Of a stretch of 64,000 nt of DNA, positions 1-12,712 are shown one piece after another. The notes beneath the pieces are model-generated. The model was given only the letters and a program-made list of their open reading frames with translations. It was not told the origin of the DNA and made no database searches. The stretch is from assembly GCF_006345805.1 (NCBI RefSeq), contig NC_043021.1, forward strand, positions 3,844,001 to 3,908,000, given 5' to 3'. This stretch comes from Octopus sinensis. Lineage: Eukaryota. The position numbers were made by a program, and so were the translations under genes. Numbering within the stretch: the stretch's first letter is position 1; the number at the start of each line of letters is the position of its first letter.

Positions 1-64
1 CTAGCATGGAAAGCAGACGTTAAACGATGATGATGATATATATATACATACATACATGCATATA

Positions 65-117
<53 letters not shown>

Positions 118-500
118 ATACATACCTACATGCATATACTTATATACATACATACATATATATATAATATATATATGCATATATGGGTGCAGGACATCAA
201 AAACAGTAAACAACATGGAGTACAAAAACAAGCGAGTTAAATACTCAAATAGGAGAAAAAATGGAAATCGGGACAAGTAGCACAAATAGTGACCCATCAT
301 CGGTTGTCGGCTGTCTATCTTCTCCTCATTTCGAGCATTCAATGTTGTATTTAATGCATTTTTATTTTTGTAGTTCTCCTTGTTTACTGTTGGTGAGATC
401 TTGTACCCATATATGTGTGTGTGTGTATATAAATATATATACATACATCAATGCATATGTATATTATATATACACACATCTATATATATATATATATCCA

Positions 501-536
<36 letters not shown>

Positions 537-612
537 TATATATATTATATTGTATATTTACAGAAAAAAACAAATATGAAGACAGGTGTATAAACAACAA
601 GCAGGTGTATTA

Positions 613-658
<46 letters not shown>

Positions 659-748
659 AATATGCATACATATATATTTACATAATATGCATACACATAT
701 ACACATACATATATATATACACATGTATACATATATGCATGCATATAT

Positions 749-782
<34 letters not shown>

Positions 783-1462
783 CCTATACATACATATATA
801 TTTAGAAACATACATACATACATATATATTCACACACATATTGAAAAAAGAAAAAGAATGACTTTGCTGTGAGTTCTAATCAGTTTAATTTATTATTTTT
901 TAATTTTTTAATAATATAAAATTTTACACTTTCTTTGTTAGTTAGGCTGGGGGAGATTTAGGAAAAAAAAAATTTCCTTGTTAATTTTTCTGGAGAACTT
1001 CCTGGCATTCGTTGTCAATCAGATCTTAGGATTTGGGGCTTTGTGATTCTATATATGGAAGTTGGGCGTGTTTGGGGGGTAGAGGTGGGTGTGGGGGTTT
1101 GTTAATCAGTGTGGGAGCGAAAGAGGGTTGATGAGTAAGGGCTGAAAGGAGATAGGGAAGAGTCAAAACAGGGGGTGTAGTTTGGAGGTGGTGGACTGTT
1201 TTGTGAAGCCATTTGAATAGCTGACCTTTGGTGAGAAATATAATGGTCAGATTTTTTTTTTTTGCAAATTCTTTCTTTTAGGAATTTTCTGTTTCAGGTG
1301 TGTGTCCGGGGTGTGGTGGTGTTAATGAGGTGTAAGTTACATATCGTTTGATAAAATTGTTTGTTGATAGAAATGTTTTTTATATATTGGTTTGGGAGGG
1401 GAGGCGATCATGCTAGCTCACATATTTACTTCCCTACATATAATAAACAAAGTATATATACA

Positions 1463-1498
<36 letters not shown>

Positions 1499-1626
1499 CA
1501 CACACACACATGTATATACATGCATACACCCCCACTCACACATAAATATCTCCTCCAGCTTACACACCTACACACAGACATATATATACATATATAGAAT
1601 AACAAAAAGAGAGGCAAAGTCCTTTT

Positions 1627-1666
<40 letters not shown>

Positions 1667-1702
1667 ATATACACTCACATACATATGTATACATATATAT
1701 AT

Positions 1703-1950
1703 ATGTGTATATATATAAAAAATTAACAGATTGAGATAAAAAATCCAAGGCTGTGAAAGATTTCAGAACATTTATGAATAGGAGCTTACAGCTGTTTCGT
1801 TGATAGTTTATATATCCCTTCATCAGAGACAGTGAAGGGATATATAAAATATCCTGGAAACAGCCGTAAGACCTATTTATAAATGTTCTGAAATCTTTCA
1901 CAGCTTGTATTTTTATCTCATTCTGTTAATTTTTTTTTATATATACACAT
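1703..1950. mobile_element. Fold-back element with hammerhead-like motif, probable Penelope-like inverted pseudo-LTR remnant
   Basis: Arms of about 115 bp are reverse complements; minus strand 1826-1787 reads CTGATGA...GAAACAGCTGTA. Confidence 0.7.
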
Positions 1951-2138
1951 GCTGATATATGACCTATGTTGGACTCCTCATTTGCATAATCACCGAACCT
2001 GGAGCTTAACTGTCATCTATCCATAGCACTTACTCAGCATTACCTAACTTCGAACTGTGCAGACAATACTGGACAGATTGGTGCCTCAACTTAAGTGCCT
2101 AATTCAACTGAATCTTAATTATTTCTGTATACACACAC

Positions 2139-2169
<31 letters not shown>

Positions 2170-2250
2170 TACACAGAGGAATAATTAAAGGGAATAATTA
2201 AAAATTTTTCCCTTTTGAGGTTTTACACATGCACATGTATATACATATAT

Positions 2251-2291
<41 letters not shown>

Positions 2292-2387
2292 TGTATATAC
2301 ACATATATACATGCATATATACACATATATACATGCATATACACACACATATAAATGCATATATACACATATATTCACACATATATG

Positions 2388-2423
<36 letters not shown>

Positions 2424-2426
<3 letters not shown>

Positions 2427-2656
2427 TTCTTTACTACCCACAAGGGGCTAAACATAGAGGGGACAAACAAGGACAGACAAAGGGACTAAGTCGATTACAT
2501 CGACCCCAGTGCGAAATTGGTACTTTATTTATCGACCCTGAAAGGATGAAAGGCAAAGTCGACCTCGGCGGAATCTGAACTCACAACGTAACGACAGGCG
2601 AAATACCGCTAAGCATTTCGCCCGGCGCGCTAACGTTTCTGCCATCTCGCCGCCTT
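2424..2656 (-). mobile_element. tRNA-derived SINE, family A (young copy)
   Basis: Head aaggcggcgag..ggcagaaacgttagc, B-box-like gagttca; near-identical copies at 6064-6296, 7486-7712, 7835-8058, 16969-17200 and (+) 60697-60994. Confidence 0.9.
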
Positions 2657-2933
2657 TTATATATATATATATACACATACATGCATACATACATATGTAT
2701 ATATATATATACACATATATACATACATATATATACATATATATACACACACACACACATATATCGCGTCTGTGAAACATAAATCTGAAAGAAGAGATTC
2801 CTCTAAGATATAGAGCAGTATATATTAAAAACAGGGAAGGTTTATTGGATTACCTTAGGTTCATGGATTACACATACATAAAGGTAATCCCATAAATTGG
2901 ACGTCCCCATTTTCAATATATATATATGTGTGA

Positions 2934-2966
<33 letters not shown>

Positions 2967-3305
2967 CATGCATATAAACATACATATACACATATAGATA
3001 CATATACATATACACACACATATATATAAACACATACACATATATATATACACATACAAACATACGTATATATGGCATATAATGCCATCATAATAATTTA
3101 CAATGTGATTTTGTATCATTTACTTCTCTAGGTTTGTGCAACTTTTAACTATTGGTATGTGCATGTGTGCATATGTATATGTGCATGCTGTGCTGCATTA
3201 GAGTTTTCAAAGGTAAATAGTTAGCAACATTGCACGGGTAGTTCAATCAACAGCTATACACACACTGACATAAACATACATCTGTACACATATTTATGTA
3301 TGTAT

Positions 3306-3337
<32 letters not shown>

Positions 3338-3614
3338 CACACATACACAATATATATAATATATATATATACTATACATACATACATGTATATATATATA
3401 CATACATACATACATGTATATATATATACATACATATATGTATATATATATACATACATACATATATGTATATATATACATACATACATACATGTATATA
3501 TATACATACATACATGTATATATATACATACATACATACATATATGTATATATATACATACATATATATATATATATACACATATATATACACACACATA
3601 TATATATATATTAC

Positions 3615-3647
<33 letters not shown>

Positions 3648-3883
3648 CATACATATATATATATATATACTCACATACATATGTATATACATACATACAC
3701 ACATATATATATTAACTTTTATAAACAAAAACGTTAAACAGTGGCTTCAAAAGTTTCAGCTGTTGAAGGCAAGATACTTGAGACTTTGAAGTCACTGTCA
3801 ACCGTTTCCATGTAAAAGTTAATATGTAATCCACTACATTTTATAGGGTAATCCTTCAGTTTAATATTAATTGTTTTTATATA

Positions 3884-4258
3884 GGTGCAGGAGTGGCTGT
3901 CTGGTAAGAAGCTTGCTTCCCAGTCATGTGGCTCCGGATTCAGTTCCACGGTGTGGCACCTCGGAGAAGTGTCTTGGGCTGACCAAAGCCCTGTGAGTGG
4001 ATTTGGCAGATGGAGACTGAAAGAAGCCCATCATATATATGTATATGTATCTATGTGTCTGTGTTTGTCCCTCTATCACCACTTGACGGCTGGTGTTGGT
4101 ATGTTTACAAGCCCTGTAACTTAGCAGTTCAACAAAACATACTGATTGAATAAGTACCAAGCTTAAAAAAAAAGTACTGGGGGTCAATGCAATCAACTAA
4201 AAATTCAAGGCGATGCTCCAGCATGGCTACAGTCAAATGACTGAAACAAGTAAAAGAT
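3884..4258 (+). mobile_element. tRNA-derived SINE, family D (composite with internal microsatellite)
   Basis: gtgcaggagtggctgt..gtaagaagcttgcttccc head; related copies at 24856-25291(-), 42655-42810(-), 50250-50685(-), 59570-59920(-), 60150-60380(-). Confidence 0.8.
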
Positions 4259-4338
4259 ATAAAAAGAAAATGATAAAAAATATACAAGGTGACAGTAAAA
4301 AAAACTCTCATATATATATATCTATATCTATCTATCTA

Positions 4339-4372
<34 letters not shown>

Positions 4373-4474
4373 TGTGATCACTGTGACCGACCAGGCTATC
4401 AGATGTTGCTACACATCGCTGGTCACAATGCGCTTTGCATTGTTTTAGCCTTCAAATGACACCACCCCGCTGGC

Positions 4475-4676
4475 TAAGCGAGCAGGCCAACAGGAGAAAG
4501 AGTGAGAGAAAGTTGTGGCAAAAGAGTACAGCAGGGATCATCACCACCCCCTGCCAGAGCCTCATGGAGCTTTAGGTGTTTTCGTTCAATAAACACGCAC
4601 AACGCTCGTCTGGGAATTGAAACCACGATCCTACGACCGCGAATCCACTGCCCTAACCACAAGGCCATTGCGCCTC

Positions 4677-4678
<2 letters not shown>
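4475..4678 (-). mobile_element. tRNA-derived SINE, family C (5' part)
   Basis: Reverse complement matches the head of the 40388-40778 copy (ggaggcgcaatggcc..gtggttagggcag). Confidence 0.85.
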
Positions 4679-4748
<70 letters not shown>

Positions 4749-4866
4749 ATATATATATATATATATATATATCTATCTATCTAAAGTAGGATAATATTTT
4801 TCGGAAAAAATTCTATCAATGGTCAGCATATTAAAAAAAATACCTTTAAAGGTTAAATTTATAAAC

Positions 4867-5048
4867 AATTTATAAGTAAGGGCCAAAGAAAAAATTTCTA
4901 ATGCCAAAATATGCTGAAAATAGACACAACGTCAATAACCATTATAATTTGTAGTGACAAATGATGAATTATAATGGTTATTGACGTTGTGTCTATTTTC
5001 GGCATGTTTTGGCATTAGAATTTTTTCTTTTGCCCTTACTTATAAATT
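4867..5048. repeat. Fold-back inverted repeat (about 83-bp arms); dispersed element, part of one arm recurs at 39080-39140
   Basis: aatttataagtaaggg...accattataatt / aattataatggt...cccttacttataaatt. Confidence 0.85.
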
Positions 5049-5353
5049 ATATATATATGTTGATGCCATAAGAATCTGATAAACTATTGTTGCAAGAATG
5101 TGAAATAATTATTGTTTAGAACCTTGATTCTCAAAGCACATCAAACAAAGCTATAAATAATAGCAGACAAATATTGGGTTGATTTACCCTTTTGGGCAGA
5201 AAAAGTGCCTTGGACAGCTTTTGATATTTTGCAGCCCTAATGGTTTTTCAACCTGATATTTAGATACTATTACTTATAACTTTTTGTAATGAGCCTATCT
5301 ATCTATCCATCCATCCATCCATCCATGTATCTATTTATCTCTCTATACCTATA

Positions 5354-5527
5354 ATTTAAAACAGTTTGATTCGGTTCTATGCAACTTAAAGTTTCACCGG
5401 CCTCTAATAGAAACCCGTCTCTTTCAGGCTTTAGATTTTAATAATCTGAAGCCTGAAAAGAGATGGGTTTCTGTTAGAAGCCTGCGAAACTTTAAGTCAC
5501 ATAGAACCAAATCAAGCGGTTTTAAAT
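5354..5527. repeat. Fold-back inverted repeat (about 84-bp arms) with degenerate hammerhead-like motif
   Basis: Arms pair around 5438-5442; the right arm has ctgaaaagagatgggtttct..agaagcctgcgaaactttaagtc. Confidence 0.8.
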
Positions 5528-5629
5528 AATACCTGTAAATCCTACTAAATGTGTTGAGTGCCCTTTTCTGTCATTTCTCCACTCATTCATGTGAGTGTAT
5601 GTGAGTATATATATGTATGTGTTTGTGTG

Positions 5630-5669
<40 letters not shown>

Positions 5670-6063
5670 TATACACTTTTGTACTTTTATTTACTTCACA
5701 AGATCCTTGATGTTAAGTGGTTTTTCAAAACAAACATATATGCACACATACATACACATTTATATTTAGACTTATATATACAAGTGAGATTAAGAGGACC
5801 TTTAAGTCTTATCAAGAACATGACAATTTCTCTAGTGCAAATGCCATAGAAAATGCACCCAGTTCTCTTGGCAAAGGTGTTTGGTGATAAGGATGGCATC
5901 AACCATCAAAACAAAACCAAAAATTGAAAAGAATGAGTGATTATATGCTTGGCAGTTCAATTCATTGAGGAGGGCAGTAAGTTTGAATAGGAACTGACTT
6001 GGAGTGTAATGATCTGTCCAACCCATGTAAACATTAAAAGCAGATGTAAAATGGTTATATATA

Positions 6064-6296
6064 TGTTTTCTTATTACCCACAAGGGGCTAAACATAGAGG
6101 GGACAAACAAGGACAGACAAAGGGATTAAGTCGATTACATCGACCCCAGTGCGTAACTGGTACTTTATTTATCGACCTCGAAAGGATGAAAGGCAAAGTC
6201 GACCTCGGCAGAATTTGAACTCAGAACGTAACGACAGACGAAATACCGCTAAGCATTTCGCCCAGCATGCTAACGTTTCTGCCAGGTCACCGCCTT
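6064..6296 (-). mobile_element. SINE family A copy
   Basis: Near-identical to 2424-2656. Confidence 0.9.
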
Positions 6297-7269
6297 TATA
6301 TTTATATTTATATTTATTTATATATATATATATATATATACTCAAAATAAGCAACCTTAATGCAGAGACCTTACAAACATTTAATAAAATGATGTAGTAC
6401 GAAACGATTGTACCAAATTACCGGAGTCATTCCTGTTGGTTATTTTGATTATAATCACCCCATGGATTTATATGGATAACACCATACAGAATTCTGGTGC
6501 ATCTAAATTAAGTACCATATTCATCTGAATCTAAATTTTTGCTGAACTTATATATATATATATATGTGTATATATATATATATATATATTTATATACACA
6601 CACACACTTATACAGATACATATATCCACACAAGTAATATACCTAAATTCTTTTCTTTCACAATCCATTTGAGGCAGCTCTGTATATTGTCTTCATGTGT
6701 AAGAATGCAAAAACAACCATTCTCTGTTGTTCTGCCCAAACCTTGTGTCTTATGAGTAAAGGAAATGGCTCCAGTCTTGACAGTAAACTCAAGAGAGTTC
6801 AAGCAAGGGAGCTAATTGAACTTCAGTAATAATGAGTGGGAATTCGTTAGCACCAACACTGCATCTTAGAAATTCACTCCAAGACAAGGAAAAGGGTGAG
6901 TACAACAGAGAGAAAAACTGACCAAAAAAATGTACAAAAAATATACATAAAGAATTGTGTGAAAGAGATGAATGAATCTCAAGTTAAAATTTAATGAATA
7001 TTTAGTAGTTTAAATGTAATTGTATGCTTCTGGTATGCCTCACATATTTCAAAGTTTAACAACAAATGATGATAATGATGAAATGATGTTGGTAAAGGAT
7101 ATTAAGTTCCCATACTCTCACAAATCCACACATTTGTCTGGGCCAGGATAGAGCTGATTGGAATGGACCTAATATGGGACTGGTTCTTAATTAACCAACT
7201 CCGGAGGGATTGTCCAGCATTCTACTATTTTCGCTATTTCATCTTCCTAATAATAATTGCATTAAATTC

Positions 7270-8766
7270 TGATACAAGGCCAGCAATTCCAGTGGTGAGG
7301 TTTAGTTAATTACATTAACCCTAAGTCTTGAATGGTACTTTAATTTATTGAGGATGAAAGGCAGAGTTTAATGTTGGTGGTATTTGAACTCAGAATGTAA
7401 AGAGTCAGAAAAATGCTACTTGGGATTTTGTCAAATAAACTAATGATTCTGTCAGCATGCTGTGTGTTTTACCATCTCTATAATATATTTCTTTACTACC
7501 CACAGGGGGCTAAACATAGAGGGGACAAACAAGGACAGACAAAGGGATTAAGTCGATTACATCGACCCAGTGCGAAACTGGTACTTTATTTATCGACCCC
7601 CGAGAGGATGAAAGGCAAAGTCGACCTCGGCGGAATTTGAACTCAGAACGTAATGATAGACGAAATACAGCTACTCGTTTCACCTGGCGTGCTAACGATT
7701 CTGCCAGCTTGCCAAGGTTTTCAACAGAGGCACAAAGCCTGAAGTTTGGGAGGGATGTAATTAGTTGATTAAATCGAACCCAGCACATGCCTGGTATTTT
7801 ATTGACCTTTGTGAGGACTTCAAACACAAAAGATATTTCTTTATTGCCCACAAGAGGCTAAACATAGAGGGGACAAACAAGGACAGACAAAGGGATAAAG
7901 TCGATTACATCTACCCCAGTGAGTAACTGGTACTTAATTTATCGACCCCGAAAGGATGAAAGGCAAAGTCGACCTCGGCGGAATTTGAACTCAGAACGTA
8001 GCGGCAGACAAAATACGGCTACGCATTTCGCCTGGCGTGCTAACGGTTCTGCCAGCTCAGAACAAATACTGAAGAGCATTTCTTTTTGATGGTCAAACAA
8101 TTCTGCTAATCTACAATATGAATAATCATAATAATATGCTCCCATGCTACATGTTCCCATTAAAATCCTTTTTACTAAAAGCACAAGGCCTTAAATTTGG
8201 GCGAAGGGACTAGTCCATTACATCGACCCCAGTGTTTCATTGGTGCTTAATTTATTGACTCCAAAAGGATGAAAAGCAAAGTCAACCTCAGTGGAATTTG
8301 AACTCAAATCATGAAGATGAAATACCACTCAGCATTTTACCTGATGTGCTAATGATTCTGCCAGCTTGCTGCCTTAATAATAATAATAATTTCTACTATA
8401 GGCACAAGGCCTGAAATTGTAGGGGATTACACTGACCCCATTGTGTAACTGGTACTAATTTCATCAATCCTGAAAAGATGAAAGGCAAAGTTGACCTCAG
8501 TGGAATTTGAACTCAGAACATTAAAGATGGATAAAATTCCACTAAGCATTTTGCCTGGCATGCTGACCGTTGTGGCCTTGAAATTTTGGGGGAGGAGACT
8601 AATTGATTACAGCGACCCCAGTGCTTCACTGGTACTTAATTTATTGACCCTGAAAGGATGAAAGGTGAAGTCGACCTCAGTGGAATTTGAACTCAGACCT
8701 TGAAGACAGACTAAATACTGCTAAGCATTTTGTCCAGCATGCTAACGACTCTGCCAGCTCACCACC

Positions 8767-8798
<32 letters not shown>

Positions 8799-9727
8799 TA
8801 ATAATAATAATAATGATGATGATGATAATGGTTTCACATTTTGGCACAAAGCCAGCAATTTCAGGGGAGGTGAGTTAATTACATTGACCCCAGTGTTTAA
8901 CTGGTACTTATTTTATTGACAATGAAAGGATGAAAGGCAAAGTCAACTTCGGCAGAATTTGATCTTAGAACATAAAGATGGATGAAATGCTGCTAAGCGT
9001 CTTGACCATGGTGCTAATAATTTTGCCAGATTTCCAACTTAATAATAATAATAATAATAATAATAACAGTGTTTTGAATATAAGCACAAAGGCAAGGGAA
9101 AAAAAAGTTAGTTGATATGTTCAACCCTAGTATATGACTTGTACTTTATTTTATCAACCATGGAGGGATAGAAGTTGACTTTGGTGGGATTTGAACTTGG
9201 AATGTAATGACCCAAAGAAATACATCAAGGCAGTTTTCTAGTGCTATTTGAATACATAAAAACAAAAAGTTATAATAATAATAATTCTATTATATGTTTG
9301 AAGCCTGAAATTTTTTGTGGGGTTGGCTAGTTGGTTACCAGCCCCAAAGCTCAGCTGGTTCTTAATTTTATCAACTCTAAAAGAATGAAGGGCTAAGCTG
9401 ACCTTGGTTGTGTTTGAACTCAGAATGTAAAGAGCTGGAAGAAATGTTGCTAAGTATTTCGTCCTGCACTCTAACAATTCTGGCAGCTCACCCCCTTAAA
9501 TAATGATAATAATAATCTTTTTTACTAAAGGCACAAGGCCTGAAATTTTGGGGGAGCGGACTAGTTGATTACATTGACCCCAGTGCTTCACTGGTACTTA
9601 TTTCAGCGACCCCGAAAAGATGAACGTCTGCCTCAGCAGAATATGAACTCAAGAATCTAAGGACAGAAGAAATGTCCCTAAGCATTTTGCCCAGTGTAGG
9701 TAACAATTCTGCCAGCTCACTGCCTTT

Positions 9728-9776
<49 letters not shown>

Positions 9777-9975
9777 TGATGATTTCAAATTTTGGCAGGA
9801 GAAGTTGATTGCATTGACCCAAGTGCTCAACTGGTACTTATTTTATCAACCCTGAAAGAACGAGAGGCAAAGTCGACCCCGGCAGAATCTGAACTCAGAA
9901 CAGAAAGACAGACGAAATATGGTTAAGACCATTCCACCCGACATATTAATGATTCTGCCAAGCTCACCACCTTAC
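7270..9975 (-). mobile_element. Head-to-tail cluster of about 12 family-A-related SINE copies separated by (AAT)n
   Basis: The core gaaaggatgaaaggcaaagtcgacctcggcggaatttgaactcagaa recurs about every 200-250 bp in one orientation. Confidence 0.9.
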
Positions 9976-10696
9976 ATAGTAATAACAGTAATTATAAAAA
10001 AAAAAATAATATGAAAATAGAAATAAGCAAACTGCTCCTTGCTTATGATGAAATCAGGTAAATATTTGGAATTCAAGGGAACGGGTGTTGTTTTGTGTCG
10101 GCAAAAGTTAATCAATGTTTGTAATTAAAATAAAATTATTTAAAATCACAGCAAATCACCTTGCTGAAATTTAGTTTTATATACAAAACATTTGGCTTTT
10201 TTTTTTTTTTTCATTGGTAACAGAAAATACATTTATTGTTTCTACTTTCTGGTTAAAGTAACAACATCAGATTGCTTCTGTGCATATTGATAGTAGGAAG
10301 ATATATATATATATATGTATATATATTAAAAGAAAAGAACCCCAAACAAATGCACACAATAAAATAATAGTTATATTAGAGAAAGGTAGGAAATTGAAAC
10401 AGAAACCTTTTCTTCCTTGTAATCAACTCCATCGAATCCCTTCTTTAAGAAGATAGGGCATGCTTTGAGGGGGAGATTTAGCTGCTCTTTCTAGTATGTT
10501 CACTGTTCTGTCTTTCTTTCTTGTGTTTTATCCTTTGTACTATGCATGCACTTTTGGCTGCTGTTACTGTTTTTCTTGACTTGATTTATTGCTTTCTGTC
10601 CACTCTTTTCCTCTTTTTCAGACAAGCTGTAGCACACTTGAACACTATTTACAATAAGCTTATTATTATTATTATTATTATAAATATTAACAGACT

Positions 10697-10921
10697 TTAA
10701 CCCTTTCATTAATAACCCGGGTGAAACCGGCTCTGGCTCTGAGTACAAATGTCTTGTTTTCACAAATTTTGAATTAAAATCTTCCAATTAAAATCTTCAC
10801 AATTTACGTTCCTAACACTAGCTGAATGATAACTAAGTTATTTTACTAAATTCTTTTTTATATTTAAAGTAATTCAAAGAAACAGAGTATCTCAAAATAA
10901 ATACAGTAACGAAAGGGTTAA
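10697..10921. mobile_element. piggyBac-like MITE (TTAA ends, TIR CCCTTTCGTTAC-like)
   Basis: ttaa-ccctttcatta ... gtaacgaaaggg-ttaa; second copy at 31545-31770. Confidence 0.85.
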
Positions 10922-12125
10922 AACATCAGTTCAAATATGTCTGGAACATATTTGACCAGTAAAAAAGTCATTTTATTATTATTATTAACATTATGTTGTA
11001 TGTAACGTTTTCTTCCTTGTAATCAACTTCATTGAATCCTTTCTTTAAGAAAATAGAGCTTAAGAAGATAGGGCATGCTCTGAGGAGAGATTTAGTTGCT
11101 TTTTCTGGTAATATTCACTTTTCTTAGGGTGTTGCACTTGTGATCACGAAATCGTGATTTCAATTCCTAGACTGGGCGGTGTGTTGTGCTCTTGAACAAA
11201 ACACTTCATCTCACATTTCTCTGCGATCACTTCAACACCTGACCCATGGCACACAGTGCACCAGTCCAGGCAATGTCAATTTGACGGAGGGAGTGAACTA
11301 ATGTGTGGCATGAACATTTGATCACTATAAACAAAATCATTTGTGCAGGTAGTTGGACAAAAGCTGAACGCTCTTACGTCATCTTCGACGGGAGAGTCCG
11401 TCATATTATTATTATTATTAATATTATATAACCACAGATACATGTAGCCTTTATGCTATTCTCAAAGACAATCACTTGGACATAGCATGTGATAAAGGTA
11501 GACTTTTTGAATTATGGGTACACTCCTTCAGCACAGCTTCTGTCTACTAAGTTTAACTCACAAGGCCTGGGCTGACTCAAGTTTATTGTAAAAACTGATA
11601 CTTGGCCAAAATATCAAGCAATTGATTGAACCTGGGACTCAGGATTCTTAACCATTCAACCATGCTGCATCCACACAACATACACAACATTATAAGCATA
11701 TAACGTATACACTATATCATACAACACATCTATACACCACACCGTGCAACAAGTATACAATACAACATACACACCCTTTCATACATCACACAGTATATAC
11801 ACCAGAACATCATACAGACAAAATCACACCAAAAACATGAGCCAACAACAGAGCCTCGATATAACCACTTTTGCTACTAGATATAGCCACCAAATCTCCC
11901 TCAAATCATCCCCCCCCACCACTCAGAAATGACATTATTCAATGTGTCCTAAGTTCATTGGATACAAGAAAGACAGGATGGTCATGGATGGAATGCTTTT
12001 GATTCAAAACCTGCTTGATCAGAGATGGCTTGGGGCTGAACAATAGTAATCATAACAGCTGAACTTCCCTCAAATCCTACCTTATCTTCTTAAATGATGA
12101 TAGAAACATTGGACAATGTTTTGAG

Positions 12126-12712
12126 TATTCATTCGGATGAATTTGTTCATTTTTTTTTCTGCTTATTTTAATCCTTTCCAACATTATTTGAGTAAACATG
12201 AAAAATATTTTTATCGTAGTGTTTTTATGTGTTTTTTCCTCTAAAACTGTTCTTTATTGTTTTGGAAATTTAAATAAATTTTTTTTCCTTTTTTCCAGAC
12301 ATATGATGGTCGAGTGTTGAGCAGAAGGAAAAAAAAACCCTCCAAAAACAAACAAAAAAGCATTTTTGACACTGGTTTCTCTTCACTTCCAGTCAAGCTG
12401 CCAAAAGCTGTTTGAGATATTTGTGCTGTGTATAAAGAAGGGGGCAATTACTGAAAGAACTGCACAGAAACAGTTTGCACACTTCAATGAAAGGAAATTT
12501 GGCCTTACAGACTCTCCATGTTTCCGTCAACAGGTTCAGCTCAACGAGGATCAATTGAATGAATTCATCCATGAGGATCCACCACCAATCCATTAAGGAA
12601 CTGGTCCAGCAGAGGGGGGGATGTGCTCACGGTACTGTCATTTGTCACCTCCACTCAAAATGGTTTGAAATAAATAGTAAAAAGTGAATAAATTTAGTCA
12701 AATACCCAGTAG
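12126..12712 (+). mobile_element. Degenerate internally deleted mariner-like element
   Basis: Residual N-terminal transposase-like translation (..KKGAITERTAQKQFAHFNERKFGLTDSP..QLNEFIHEDP); related MITE at 13509-13675. Confidence 0.6.

Larger units (their letters stand above)
36..3710. repeat. Compound (TA)n/(CA)n/(TACA)n microsatellite tracts interrupted by short unique or TE islands
   Basis: Directly visible; source of the YIYI/HTHT pseudo-ORFs. Similar tracts at 25385-25640, 36135-36285, 45375-45795, 51950-52320. Confidence 0.95.

Noticed and set aside
860-1400. G/T-skewed unique island, possible exon or TE ORF
   Set aside because: No open frame or motif I could recognise.
1-3789. Numerous 60-150 aa ORFs rich in YI/HT/VC
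   Set aside because: Translations of (TA)n/(CA)n microsatellites; the same applies to similar ORFs throughout the window.
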